Shown piece after piece: positions 1-9,675 of a DNA stretch of 64,000 bases. The notes beneath the pieces were generated by a model. That model was not told the DNA's origin, did no database searches, and saw only the letters and a list, made by a program, of their open reading frames with translations. Both the position numbers and the translations under genes were made by a program. Every line of letters begins with the position of its first letter. Position 1 is the stretch's first letter. Source of the stretch: Gammaproteobacteria bacterium (GTDB lineage Bacteria > Pseudomonadota > Gammaproteobacteria > Ga0077536); NCBI GenBank assembly GCA_963662545.2, contig CAXXLL010000003.1, forward strand, positions 2,144,001-2,208,000. The letters run 5' to 3'.

Positions 1-371
1 CGATGAATAGACTCCCACGTCGATACCTGGATCGCCGAGACCACCCGCTGTAAGGCAGACTTCTTCGGACGTTCATTACCCGGCAACCGGGCGAAGGCCT
101 GAAAGCTCGCCGAGTCCTGCAGGTGAAAGGCCAGCTCCTCGTAACTCAATTGCCGGTGCTGCTTGAGCACCGCGCAGCGCAGCACCGACTCCGCCGACAG
201 TCCGCGTCGACCGGTGGGCTTCAAACCCCGCCGACACAGATCGTTCATGACCGGCGTGAGGACCTTGGGGTGAGCATCGAGCCACTCGGACATGCCCTGC
301 AGCTCTCGCCCCAGGTCATGGTCAGCAAACAGCTCGTATATACTCGCTTGGGCCGTGCGTTTCTGACGCAT
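1..371 (-). CDS. ISNCY/IS5-like transposase, N-terminal part (runs off the window)
   Basis: Manual translation from ATG 371: MRQKRTAQASIYELFADHDLGRELQGMSEWLDAHPKVL...TGRRGLSAESVLRCAVLKQHRQLSYEELAFHLQDSASFQAFARL. Open to position 1; not in the ORF track. Confidence 0.8.
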   Translation of the reverse strand, partial: MRQKRTAQASIYELFADHDLGRELQGMSEWLDAHPKVLTPVMNDLCRRGLKPTGRRGLSAESVLRCAVLKQHRQLSYEELAFHLQDSASFQAFARLPGNERPKKSALQRVVSAIQVSTWESIH

Positions 372-511
372 TCCCCCTCCTGTGGTGTCGATGATTGTGT
401 GGAAAATCAGAGGTTTGAAGTTCCATTAGATCACGACCCACCGGAGGTTTCGATCCCTTAAGCGACAAATTTTCCTTTTTATTTCAACCGCATCGCGTTT
501 AGGGATGCACA

Positions 512-1149
512 CTAGTTAATTTGGGATTCGGCTGGCGTCGTGCTCGTCCGACCTTACATCTGCGCGACCCACGGGCAGCCACGCGCCTGAAAGCCATTCA
601 TCGTGCGTTGTCTCGAGCCCCATCGGGCATGAAGTGTTTTACGCCGATGAGGTCGATATCGACCTCAATCCCAAAATCGGTTTCCTTTGGTCTACTCAAG
701 GTTGTCAACGTGCCATCCCCACGCCTGGGCAAAACCGGAAACGCTATCTGGCGGGCGCGCTGCACGCACGAACCGGTCGCGTTGCGTATGTCGAGGGCAC
801 ACGGAAAAACAGCGACCTATTCCTTTGCCTGCTCGACCACCTGCGGCAAACTTACCGCGCCGCGCGTCGAATTATCTTGATCGTGGATAACTACATCATC
901 CACAAATGTCGCTTGGCACACGTCTGGCTAAAGCACAATCCGAAATTCCGATTGCTGTTCCAGCCGGCCTATCAGCCCTGGGTCAATGACATTGAGAAAC
1001 TCTGGAAACAGTTGCACGACAATGTCACCCGGAATCATCGTTACTCGACCATCGACCGTCTGATGGACGCAGTACGTGCCTTCATGCGTGCGGCAAGTCC
1101 ATTCCCGGGAAACTGCCCGAGTGTCGCAAGATTTGGATCACCTATTTAG
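512..1149 (+). mobile_element. IS630 3' half, cut at CTAG (512-515) by the ISNCY element
   Basis: Appears identical to 41507-42145 of the full IS630 copy; ends in the IR tttggatcacctatttag. Confidence 0.92.
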
Positions 1150-1308
1150 CTCTATTTCGAGTTCCTTGCATCCGATGCTGAGGGTGCGCAGCAAGGCCGC
1201 CTTTCCCGCATCATTCACTGCGGCGGATAGCTCTCCGTAATGGTGGGAGAGGTGGGCTGCCGTTAGCTGTGCCTGCCGCACTTCGTTTTGCACTTCATCG
1301 CTGGTCAT
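1150..1308 (-). pseudogene. Small helical protein, last visible gene of the IS1595 passenger operon, 3'-truncated by IS630
   Basis: ATG 1308 lies 8 bp after the upstream stop; MTSDEVQNEVRQAQLTAAHLSHHYGEL... runs into the IS630 end. Confidence 0.5.
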
Positions 1309-1316
1309 AGGCGATC

Positions 1317-1550
1317 CTAGATCCGCAATTCTTCGGGTTCTGGTAATTCCTCGAAGGAGCCTCCCAGCCACTCAGCGACCTGTATGCGGTAGTCCGTCCG
1401 TCCGCGCTCATAAGCGCAGATAGCGCAGGCGTGACGAGCCAGCTTCTCGCCTGACTGGTTGCGCGGCAAAGCTTGCATGATGTCGTCGTAAGGTTGCCGC
1501 CTGTCCTCGTTCGCGTTGCCGTGATGTTGCGGACAGTCGTGCTCAGCCAT
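1317..1550 (-). CDS. Small Cys/His-rich hypothetical protein (putative Zn-binding)
   Basis: 77 aa with CPQHH...LPRNQSG..RHACAICAYERG; its start overlaps the nuclease stop (TGATG). Confidence 0.7.
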   Translation of the reverse strand: MAEHDCPQHHGNANEDRRQPYDDIMQALPRNQSGEKLARHACAICAYERGRTDYRIQVAEWLGGSFEELPEPEELRI

Positions 1551-2005
1551 CAGATCCTCCCCTGTGTCTGCCAGCGATGCAGCCCGCCTTGATCTAGAAC
1601 GTCCACGAGATTCCGTTTCCCGCGCTGGCTAAGAAGCCAGTCCTTCGCGCCCTTGCTTGCGCCACCGCCGTCCAACACGATGATCGCCGGAAACGCATCA
1701 TGGGCTATGCACTCGACCTCGAACGGGAACTTCTCGTCCACGCTCCCAGATGACGCTTGCCACTTGCACTGAATAACCAGGCAGTCGGGCCACTTCTGCG
1801 GGTGATGCAGGATGAAGTCTACGCGGCGCTGTTTCGCATAAATATTCAGCCCGGTTGGAACCTGTGCTGCGTAGATGGGCTGTTGCAGGCACCTTGCGGC
1901 AAAGAATCGCGCGGGCGTGATGCGCTCGTAATCTTCGGACAGGAGATCCGCAACGCTAGTTTCCAGCGCCCGGCCGCGCCGATTGGCCCGGGTACCTCTA
2001 GTCAC
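1550..2005 (-). CDS. PD-(D/E)XK nuclease, putative type II restriction endonuclease
   Basis: RRVDF...VIQCKWQASSGSVDEKFPF motif; overlaps the MTase stop. Confidence 0.8.
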   Translation of the reverse strand: MTRGTRANRRGRALETSVADLLSEDYERITPARFFAARCLQQPIYAAQVPTGLNIYAKQRRVDFILHHPQKWPDCLVIQCKWQASSGSVDEKFPFEVECIAHDAFPAIIVLDGGGASKGAKDWLLSQRGKRNLVDVLDQGGLHRWQTQGRI

Positions 2006-2876
2006 GGATCAGCAGTTCCGGCACGCTGTCCCTGCCGTTGACATCCGAGTTGATGTTGCGCGGCGCGGTAACGTCAACGATTTCGTAATTGGCATACAGG
2101 CTGCGCATCGAGGACGTGTCCGCATTGCTCAGCAACACGCCCGCTCCCTCTCCCACCCAACCGTCGGCTGCGTCCCGTAACCGGCGCTGCGCGTCACCAG
2201 AAAAGCCCGCCGCCTGATAGCCGGTGAATGTGCCATCGTAGGGCGGGTCGCAGTAGATCAGATCTCCGGCGTCCGGCTGGACCACGCGGCCGAAGTCGCC
2301 AAGCTGAATCTGTGCACGGATCAAGGCCTTGCTCGCCTTACGCAAGCGTTCCGAGTTGCAGATATCCGGTTTCTTGTAACTGCCTTCGGGCACATTGAAT
2401 TTTCCGCTCTTGTTCACGCGGTACAGACCGTTGAAGCACGTTTTATTGAGATAGATGAATCGGGCGGCTACCTCGACCGGATCGGTCGGCTCCGATTCGC
2501 GGACGCGGTAGTAGTAGGTCTTGCCGTCTTTGTACTTTTTCCCCGCGCGCCGCCGGTGCGCCGTCTCATGCTGCGCCAGACGCGCTATCAGGGCCTCTAC
2601 GTCGTTCTTGACTATCTGATAGGTGATCATCAGCTCTTCATTCGTATCGGACAACACGGCCTGCTCGATGCGTTTGGCAAAGGTGAAGAACACGGCCCCG
2701 CCGCCCACGAACGGCTCCCAGTAGGTATTCACCTGTTCCGGGAAGTGCTGCGCTATAGCCGGGATCAGCACCCGCTTGCCACCAGCCCACTTGACGAACG
2801 GCATGGCCGCAGCAGGGCCGATATGCGGCGCGGTGGTGTGCTTGAGGACGCGCTTCAGGGGTACGACGTTACTCAT
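1998..2876 (-). CDS. Dam/D12-class N6-adenine DNA methyltransferase
   Basis: PFVKWAGGK, YWEPFVGGGAV, FIYLNKTCFNGLYRVN and DPPY motifs; ATG 2876 forms an ATGA overlap with the transposase stop. Confidence 0.93.
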   Translation of the reverse strand: MSNVVPLKRVLKHTTAPHIGPAAAMPFVKWAGGKRVLIPAIAQHFPEQVNTYWEPFVGGGAVFFTFAKRIEQAVLSDTNEELMITYQIVKNDVEALIARLAQHETAHRRRAGKKYKDGKTYYYRVRESEPTDPVEVAARFIYLNKTCFNGLYRVNKSGKFNVPEGSYKKPDICNSERLRKASKALIRAQIQLGDFGRVVQPDAGDLIYCDPPYDGTFTGYQAAGFSGDAQRRLRDAADGWVGEGAGVLLSNADTSSMRSLYANYEIVDVTAPRNINSDVNGRDSVPELLIRD

Positions 2877-3808
2877 GCCCGCGCAGCGACCAGCGCCTTG
2901 TAGGGCATCTTGACGGTTAGCCCCTGCTCGACCAGACGGGACACGCGGCCATGCTGGTCCTCGTCGTGGTTCTGCCGGAAGGCGCAAGGATCGACGTACC
3001 GAACTGAGTGCTTGTGGCTCCACCAATGGTGTGTCCCGACGTAGCAACGCTTGAGCGTCGACCAAAATGACTCGATGGAGTTCGTGTGTACGTTTCCTCT
3101 CACGTACTCGCCAGCACCATGGTTCACGCTGGCCGTGGCATAAGGCAGCCCGCGATAACCGCCATGCTCATCGGTGTAGACGCGCGATCCGGCTTCCACG
3201 GTTTCGACTATCGGCGGATGCAGATCTGCCCTCGCATTCCCATCGATCGGTCTGGCCGTCACTCGGCCGCCGCGCTCCCGAAGGCCGAGGACCGCCTGCT
3301 TTCCAACCGTCCCACGCCCCGATTCGGCTTTCGCCAGCATCTTCCGCTTCGCTTTGCTCATGTTTTTACGCTTGCCGCCGATGTACGTTTCGTCGGCTTC
3401 CACAATCCCGCTGAGCGGCGTGTCATCGTCATTGCCGGCAGCGTGGCGGATCCGTTGGAGCATGTGCCATGCGGTCTTTTGGGTCACGCCAATGTCGCTC
3501 GCCAACTGGACGCTCGAGATCCCCTTGGCGTGGTTCGTGTCGAGATAGATAGCCATGAACCACTTGGGGAGCAGCTTGATCGGGCTGTCCGCGAAAATGG
3601 TTCCGGTGATCAGCCGAAAGGTGCGTCCACACGCTTTGCACTTGTGGCGGCGTCCATCGGAGAAGTGATAGATCCCCTCTATGTTACCGCAGTGCGGGCA
3701 ATAGGGGCCGTCCGCCCATCGGGTTTCACGCAGCAGATCTAGGCAATCATCGACCGTGGCATACTTGGCCGCGAACTCCATGACCGTCATCATCTTAATT
3801 TTCTCCAA
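2873..3808 (-). CDS. IS1595 family transposase
   Basis: Zn ribbon CPHCG...CKAC, VEADETYIGG, YTDE, VHTNSIESFW. Confidence 0.95.
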   Translation of the reverse strand: MEKIKMMTVMEFAAKYATVDDCLDLLRETRWADGPYCPHCGNIEGIYHFSDGRRHKCKACGRTFRLITGTIFADSPIKLLPKWFMAIYLDTNHAKGISSVQLASDIGVTQKTAWHMLQRIRHAAGNDDDTPLSGIVEADETYIGGKRKNMSKAKRKMLAKAESGRGTVGKQAVLGLRERGGRVTARPIDGNARADLHPPIVETVEAGSRVYTDEHGGYRGLPYATASVNHGAGEYVRGNVHTNSIESFWSTLKRCYVGTHHWWSHKHSVRYVDPCAFRQNHDEDQHGRVSRLVEQGLTVKMPYKALVAARA

Positions 3809-3847
3809 TTCGTGATGTGGCCATTTTATGAGAGAATTTCTGGATCG

Positions 3848-3864
3848 TCTAGTATATAATTCCC
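3848..3864 (-). repeat. Probable left end of the IS1595 element (gggaattatatactaga on the - strand)
   Basis: IS66 tnpB homology stops exactly here; the sequence lies ~40 bp upstream of the transposase start. Confidence 0.6.
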
Positions 3865-4348
3865 TTCGTTTAAGCCTTGGCGGACCAAAGCCGACAAGCC
3901 GTGAAAAGATTTACGCATGTCGGTCGGCGACCGGCACAACCAAATGCGCAAACCGCAAGGCGCTGACCACATCAGCGACGCGCCAACCGCAACACAATAT
4001 CGGGGCCCAGGGTGACCTCGACATCCCAACCATCATTTGACGATGACCGTGGCGGTGATAACTCAATGAAGGGGATTGTTTGTGACGCGGTTTGCTCCGC
4101 CCCGGATAATGCCGACTTCCAGCGCGCAAAGGTTGAATAACCGATGCCGCGTTGCGCGCAAAAAGCTTTGACCGAGAGCCCACTTTGGGCTTGCTCTGCG
4201 AACAATGCTCGCCACGCGGCGGGTGTACGGCGCTTCCAGCGGGATTTGCGTTGTGGTGTCATGTGCCAGGCTCCTAACGGGACGGAAAACCTGGCAAACT
4301 AACTCACTGCCATTTAAATCGGAATGACGGTCTGGTTTAACCGCTTAC
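3865..4348 (-). mobile_element. IS66 left remnant: tnpA (3972-4262) and tnpB (ATG 3972) truncated by the IS1595 insertion
   Basis: End gtaagcggttaa at 4348; TnpB MWSAPCGLRIWLCRSPTDMRKSFHGL; paralogous to the IS66 at 9668-12022. Confidence 0.88.
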
Positions 4349-5098
4349 GACCGGGCGCGGGTGTGGGTGGGATTGTAGGGGGGTATCGCCGGATCAACTG
4401 GTCAAACGATCTCGCCGAATCAAGGTGTTGCGCTGGGTCAGGTGCAGCATGAAGGTAGGCGAAAGGTTGGTGCGTGTTGCGTAGCTTTCGATTAGTAGCA
4501 CACTATTATACGACTGGTTGTCAACCACCCCTGGCCCTGCATTCAATGAGCTCTCCGCTTTTGGCGATATGCACCTGAAGCGTGTCGCTTGTTCCTCTGG
4601 CGATGGTGGCGCATCCGTTCAAAAACACGATGAGAAATATCGAACAGCGCATCTTAGTCCTCCTACCTACTCTGTTTCCTCCACACTGGATATTTGCGCC
4701 GTAGAAAGATTGAAGAACCGCCCGGTTGGGTTGCGCGTTGCCGACGAATACGGTCACCGAGGTGGCGGGCTATGCCGATGGCGGAGCGGCTCGGGTGAAG
4801 CGGTCGTTGGCCGCATTGTCCGCGGTACTCCCAATGACAGGGTGGGCGTGGAACGCGCAGTCGTTCGCCTTCCCGCCGGCAATCTGGAGAAGTACGCCCG
4901 GGCGTGCCCCAAGATCGATCAGGCGACGCAGCTCGCGATTGGGGACCGCCGATAATGCACCCACGCCCAACTCTCCGACGCGGCATGTCAGACAGAGGTC
5001 AACTGACATCCCCCGTGTACGGGACCATCCATACAGTTCACCTGTCAAGTTGATCACCGTAAACTGGCTTGCGCCCTACTTCTACTTGGAGATGACAA

Positions 5099-7814
5099 GT
5101 GCCTAGTCTACCAGTCGACACCCCAGACGATGCGACTTCCCAAGAAGTAGTAGTTGAGGCCAACCGAAGAGGCATTATTTCGATTTCCGAAAACAGGATA
5201 AATTACTTCCTGTCCCGAGAACAATCCTACAATTGGAATGATCCAGAGGAATGGGTGCGAGCGGTCACAGTTGCCTGGATGGTTGTCGAAAAAGGATATC
5301 CAACTAATCGAATGAAACTGGAAGTCAGTGTGCCTCGCAGAACGCCGACGGATTTCGCGGATATCGTGATCTATGAAGACGATTCCTGTCGAGTGCCCTA
5401 CCTGGTTATCGAGAATAAGGCGTCGAATCAGAGTCGACGCAGTCGAGACCAAGGAATCGAGCAGGCGTTCGGAAATGCGAATTCTCTTCGCGCGCCTTTT
5501 ACGCTTTACGACGAAGCAGGGTTTAGCGCCCTATTTGATGTCGCCAATTTCCCGTCTACGGAACGAGTAGAAAATCTCCTTGGCGAGAGTACGACGCTAC
5601 CACCGGAGTACGGTAACGTACCCACATACTCACTCATTGCTGGAGAGCCCACCGACATTGCGGCCCTAGATTCGTACTCTCTGGAAACCCGTATTCGGCG
5701 CGCACATTCCCTTATCTGGGCAGGAGGTCGTCGAGATCCGCTTATGGCTTTCGACGAATGGAGCAAACTACTATTCGCTAAGGTAGTGGATGAACGTACT
5801 ACGCAAACCGGCGAGCCCCGTCGGTTCCAAATCGGAACGAATGAGACAACAGCCACTGTTGCAACACGAATTCATTCTCTCTTTGCACAGGCATGTTTGT
5901 CCGATCCAACGATTTTTCCTGCAGAAACACGAATTAGTTTGCCCGACTCTAAGGTTGCGGATGTTGTCAACATTTTGCAGCGTGTAGCCTTTACACGAAC
6001 TGACGTAGATAGCATTGGAAAGGCCTTTGAACAATTCTTTGGATCTATATTTCGCGGAGGGCTAGGGCAGTATTTCACCATGCGTCAATTGGCGCGATTC
6101 ATTGTCTCTGCCTTAGACATTTCGCATACTGACTATGTACTGGATCCGACATGTGGCAGTGGAGGATTTCTACTAGAGCAGCCTGCTGCAAGTGTGGTCG
6201 CGAATTGATTCGACATTCGATGGCCAACCACCGGGTCAAGTTCAACGAGTAAAGTATGACTTTTCTATGAACCAAGTATATGGAATAGAGGTTCACGAAA
6301 TACTTGCACGAATTTGCAAGATAAATCTATTGTTGCACCACGACGGCCACACAAACATCGAAGGTAATCGATCCGTACTAGATGCTGCATTTTCGAACGC
6401 CAGGCTAAATCCCCCTGAGAACAGATTTACCGCGGTAGTGGGAAATCCACCGTTCGGTACCGAGGTGGTGGAAGGGGATGAGGAGCAACTAGGTCAGAAC
6501 CGACTTGAGAATTTCGTCGTGGCCCGCGGGTTGGGAAAGGTAGATTCGGAACAGATCATTGTGGAACAAGCAATTAGAATGTTGGAACCTGGGGGACGAT
6601 TCGGGCTAATTGTGCCCGACGGCCTTCTGAACAATCAAGGGGGGAGATCGAATTGCCCGCGCTCTAGAAGGTTCATTGCAACGCAGGGAAGGATTTCGGC
6701 GATTGTGTCCCTTCCGGATCACGCATTCCGCAAATCAGGCGCGCAAAATAAGACTTCTATCCTCATGTTCGAGAAGTTCTCTATCGCAGAAAAGCGGCGA
6801 TTTGATAGAGAATACAATCGACATCGTGAGGAGGATGGAAGTCCAAGTGCTTGTATTCAACTAGCCATTAGATCCGCGCGGCTCGGATATCGGACATTTC
6901 TTGGCGAAGCCTCTGATGTAGGGTATACGCCGGCGGGTGTGTCAACACGCGCCAATGATTTGTTTGCGAGCACAGAGAACGGTGGTTTGAGCGCTGAGCA
7001 GGTGGGCACGGTATTGGGGGAATTGCGTCGGTTTAGAGCGAACCCAGGGAGATATGAGGGTTATGTCAGGCCGGATTGCGCCGGACTGTCATTCGGGGAT
7101 CTTTGGTCTGCACACCCAAGCAACCGGCTAGATCCTAAATACCATCTCTTTAAGCGTGAGTCGGGCCGAGAGGTTCCACCGGGGTGGGTAAGAAGTCGAT
7201 TAGGTGATGTATTGGAGAGACGTGAAGAGAGAGCCGTATTTGAGGGAAACGAAGATCGTCTATATACAGTAATTACAATTGCGCAAACTGGTGAAATCAG
7301 AGCGAGGGAGGCGGGCAAAGGTCACAATCCACCCGAATGGCGTGGAACATATTTTCTGGAAAGTCCTGGCAAGTGGTACGCAGCGCACGTTGGGGATGTG
7401 GTATTTTCATCTATAGACCTATGGAAGGGGTGTATTGCAATCGTACCTGAAGGCTTTGAAGGCGCGTTGGTGACGAGTGAATTTCCTATTTATTCCGTAA
7501 GAGATGGTAGATTGTCTCCAATGTTTCTACAGGTGCTCTTGCGAAGCAGGTATTATCAAAGGGCGTTTAGAGCGATCACCACGGGACACAGTAATCGGCG
7601 CAGGACGCAAGTGCCTGATTTCGAGGACTTGGAGATTGTCTTTCCGGCAGAGCTTGACGAACAGGAACAGTTGATTCTGGAGGTTCGCATCGTTAGGGGC
7701 CAGCAGCAAGGTGCCGTCAACTCATTAGCACTGGCTTTGAGGAATTTTGATGACGTCATCGACGGCAGAGGTGACGAAGTTCTTCCTGATGTTGAAGGCT
7801 CGGACAATGAATAG
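5099..7814 (+). pseudogene. Fused restriction-modification enzyme (HsdR_N-like nuclease + N6-MTase + TRD; type IIG-like), one frameshift near 6180
   Basis: PEEWVR, ADIVIY...IENK, GQYFTMR, VLDPTCGSGGFL, then a frame change (GAG cagc CTG CTG CAA GTG TGG), NPPFG and a C-terminal TRD-like region. Confidence 0.85.
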
Positions 7815-7842
7815 GCAGCCTCGCAATCGCGAAGACAGGAGA

Positions 7843-8720
7843 GTGAATCGTGAAGCGACTGAGGCCAACTTCCTGGCGTTCTTGAAGAAGTCCCCCCAGT
7901 TCTTGATACCGATCTACCAGCGCACTTATAGCTGGACGGAACGGGAGTGCGGGCAGCTCTGGGAGGACATCCTGCGAACCGGCGGCAATGACGCCATTGC
8001 GGCTCACTTTACGGGCTCCATTGTCTACATCGAAAAGGGTCTGTTTCAAATTTCTAGCCAGTCGTCACTGCTGGTTATCGACGGCCAGCAGCGTCTTGCA
8101 ACGATCATGCTCATACTTGAGGCGGTTGCGAGACATGTCGGTGACGGTGAACCAGTGGATGGATTTTCAGCGAAAAAGGTGCGCAGCTACTACCTCCTCA
8201 ACCCATTAGAAGAGGGGGAACGCGGCTTTAAGCTGCTGCTGACACAGACAGACAAGCAGAGCCTGCTTGCCCTCATGCAGCAGAAGCCAACACCGGGGGC
8301 GCGTTCGCTCCGGATTGAGCAAAATTTTGTGTTCTTCGAGGAACGGATGGGTGCGCTCGGGGCGTCCGGACTCGCAGCGCTTTGCAAGGGCATCGGAAAG
8401 CTCACGATCGTGGACGTCGCCCTCAGTCGTGATCAGGACAATCCGCAGCTCATCTTCGAGAGCATGAATTCGACCGGTCGTGAGTTGAGCCAGGCCGATC
8501 TGATCCGCAATTTCATTTAGATGGGGCTGGAGCCAGCCCATCAGACATGCCTCTATGGGGATTACTGGCGGCCGATGGAGGTCGCCTTTGGTCAGGAGGC
8601 CTACGGCACTCACTTCGACGGATTCATGAGGCACTACCTTACGTTCAAGACGGGTGACATTCCCAACGTCCGGGCGGTCTATGAAGCGTTCAAAGGCCAC
8701 GCCCGCTCTCCGACCTCTCA
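7843..8720 (+). pseudogene. GmrSD-like (DUF262) type IV restriction protein with a nonsense codon at 8518-8520, 3'-truncated
   Basis: IPIYQRTYSW, VIDGQQRL, IFESMNSTGRELSQADLIRN; the frame continues after TAG (MGLEP...YWRPME). Confidence 0.88.
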
Positions 8721-8734
8721 ATACATACGCGCGG

Positions 8735-8874
8735 ATCGTCTCCAGAATGCTCATAACGTCCCGCTCGTTCTCCATCGTATCGTGGTAATGAATGTGGGAT
8801 CATGAGGAATTAAGCCAATTAATTATCTTAAACATCAATTATTTATTGTCGACTGTTCGCGGACGTTCTGACCG
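8735..8874 (+). repeat. 140-bp att-arm-like segment, copy 1 (core CGGA-N7-ACCG at 8860-8874)
   Basis: Colinear homolog of 19603-19742; contains an IHF-like ATCAA-N4-TTA at about 8834-8845. Confidence 0.7.
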
Positions 8875-9187
8875 GGGCTTTGCTGGACCGCCTGACCCAC
8901 CCTGTCCATATCCTGGAAATGAACGGCGAGAGCTATCGTCTCAACCAAAGCCAAAAACGGCGGAAATCCCCAAATACGCCTGCTTGACCACCGAACTCAA
9001 GGTTGACCCGGTGGGTCCACAGGAACCTCCCACGCTGCTTCGCTCCGCGTAACGCAAGCGCTACACGAAGCAGCGCGGGTCCCTCCTATGGACTACCGGG
9101 ACAACCCCCCAACACTGCGTACCGCATAACGTTAAGTGGACTAGTTTTGCTCCGCCCGGGTGGACTAATTTTGCTCCGCCGTTGACA
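8867..9187 (+). mobile_element. IS21 right-end fragment (3' istB + IRR)
   Basis: Near-identical to 56505-56825; ends ccgccgttgaca. Confidence 0.92.
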
Positions 9188-9190
9188 CAC

Positions 9191-9667
9191 TGAGCGGTGG
9201 ACCCCATCGATTGGACAGCTGAACGGCGGAGCTAAGTGAAATCTTCTGTATTAAAGTACTCGGCGGAGAAGGAGCAGAAGATGACAAAGAGGAAACGACG
9301 CAATCATTCGGCAAGCTTCAAGGCGAAAGTGGCTGTGGCGGCGGTTCGAGAGGACCGCACGGTGGTTGAACTCGCTGAGCAGTTTGATATTCACCCCAAT
9401 CAAATCCAGGACTGGAAGAAGAAGCTGTTGTCGCATGCGGAGGAGTTTTTTGGCAATGGCGCTAAGGACGGAGGCGAGAACGGTGAACGCGAGACCGAGA
9501 AGCTCCACGCCAAAATCGGTCAACTGACAATGGAGAAGGATTTTTTATCCAAAGCGCTCGGTCGCGACCGATGAGCGAGCGCAGACAGATGGTCCAGCGC
9601 GAACATTCGTTGCCGGTCACCCGGCGCTGTGAGCTGCTCGAGGTCGCGCGCTCGACGGCGTACTACC
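9191..9667 (+). mobile_element. IS3 family left part (orfA 9236-9574, start of orfB), truncated by IS66
   Basis: Near-identical inverted copy of 17891-18367. Confidence 0.92.
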
Positions 9668-9675
9668 GTAACCGG

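Noticed and set aside
2877-3065. 355-aa MTase with a long N-terminal extension, as in the ORF track
   Set aside because: The extension overlaps the transposase in another frame; ATG 2876 with an ATGA overlap is the better start.
4518-5106. Overlapping ORFs upstream of the RM gene, including a short lipoprotein-like stub (FLNGCATIARG)
   Set aside because: No frame gives a recognisable complete protein; probably remnants.
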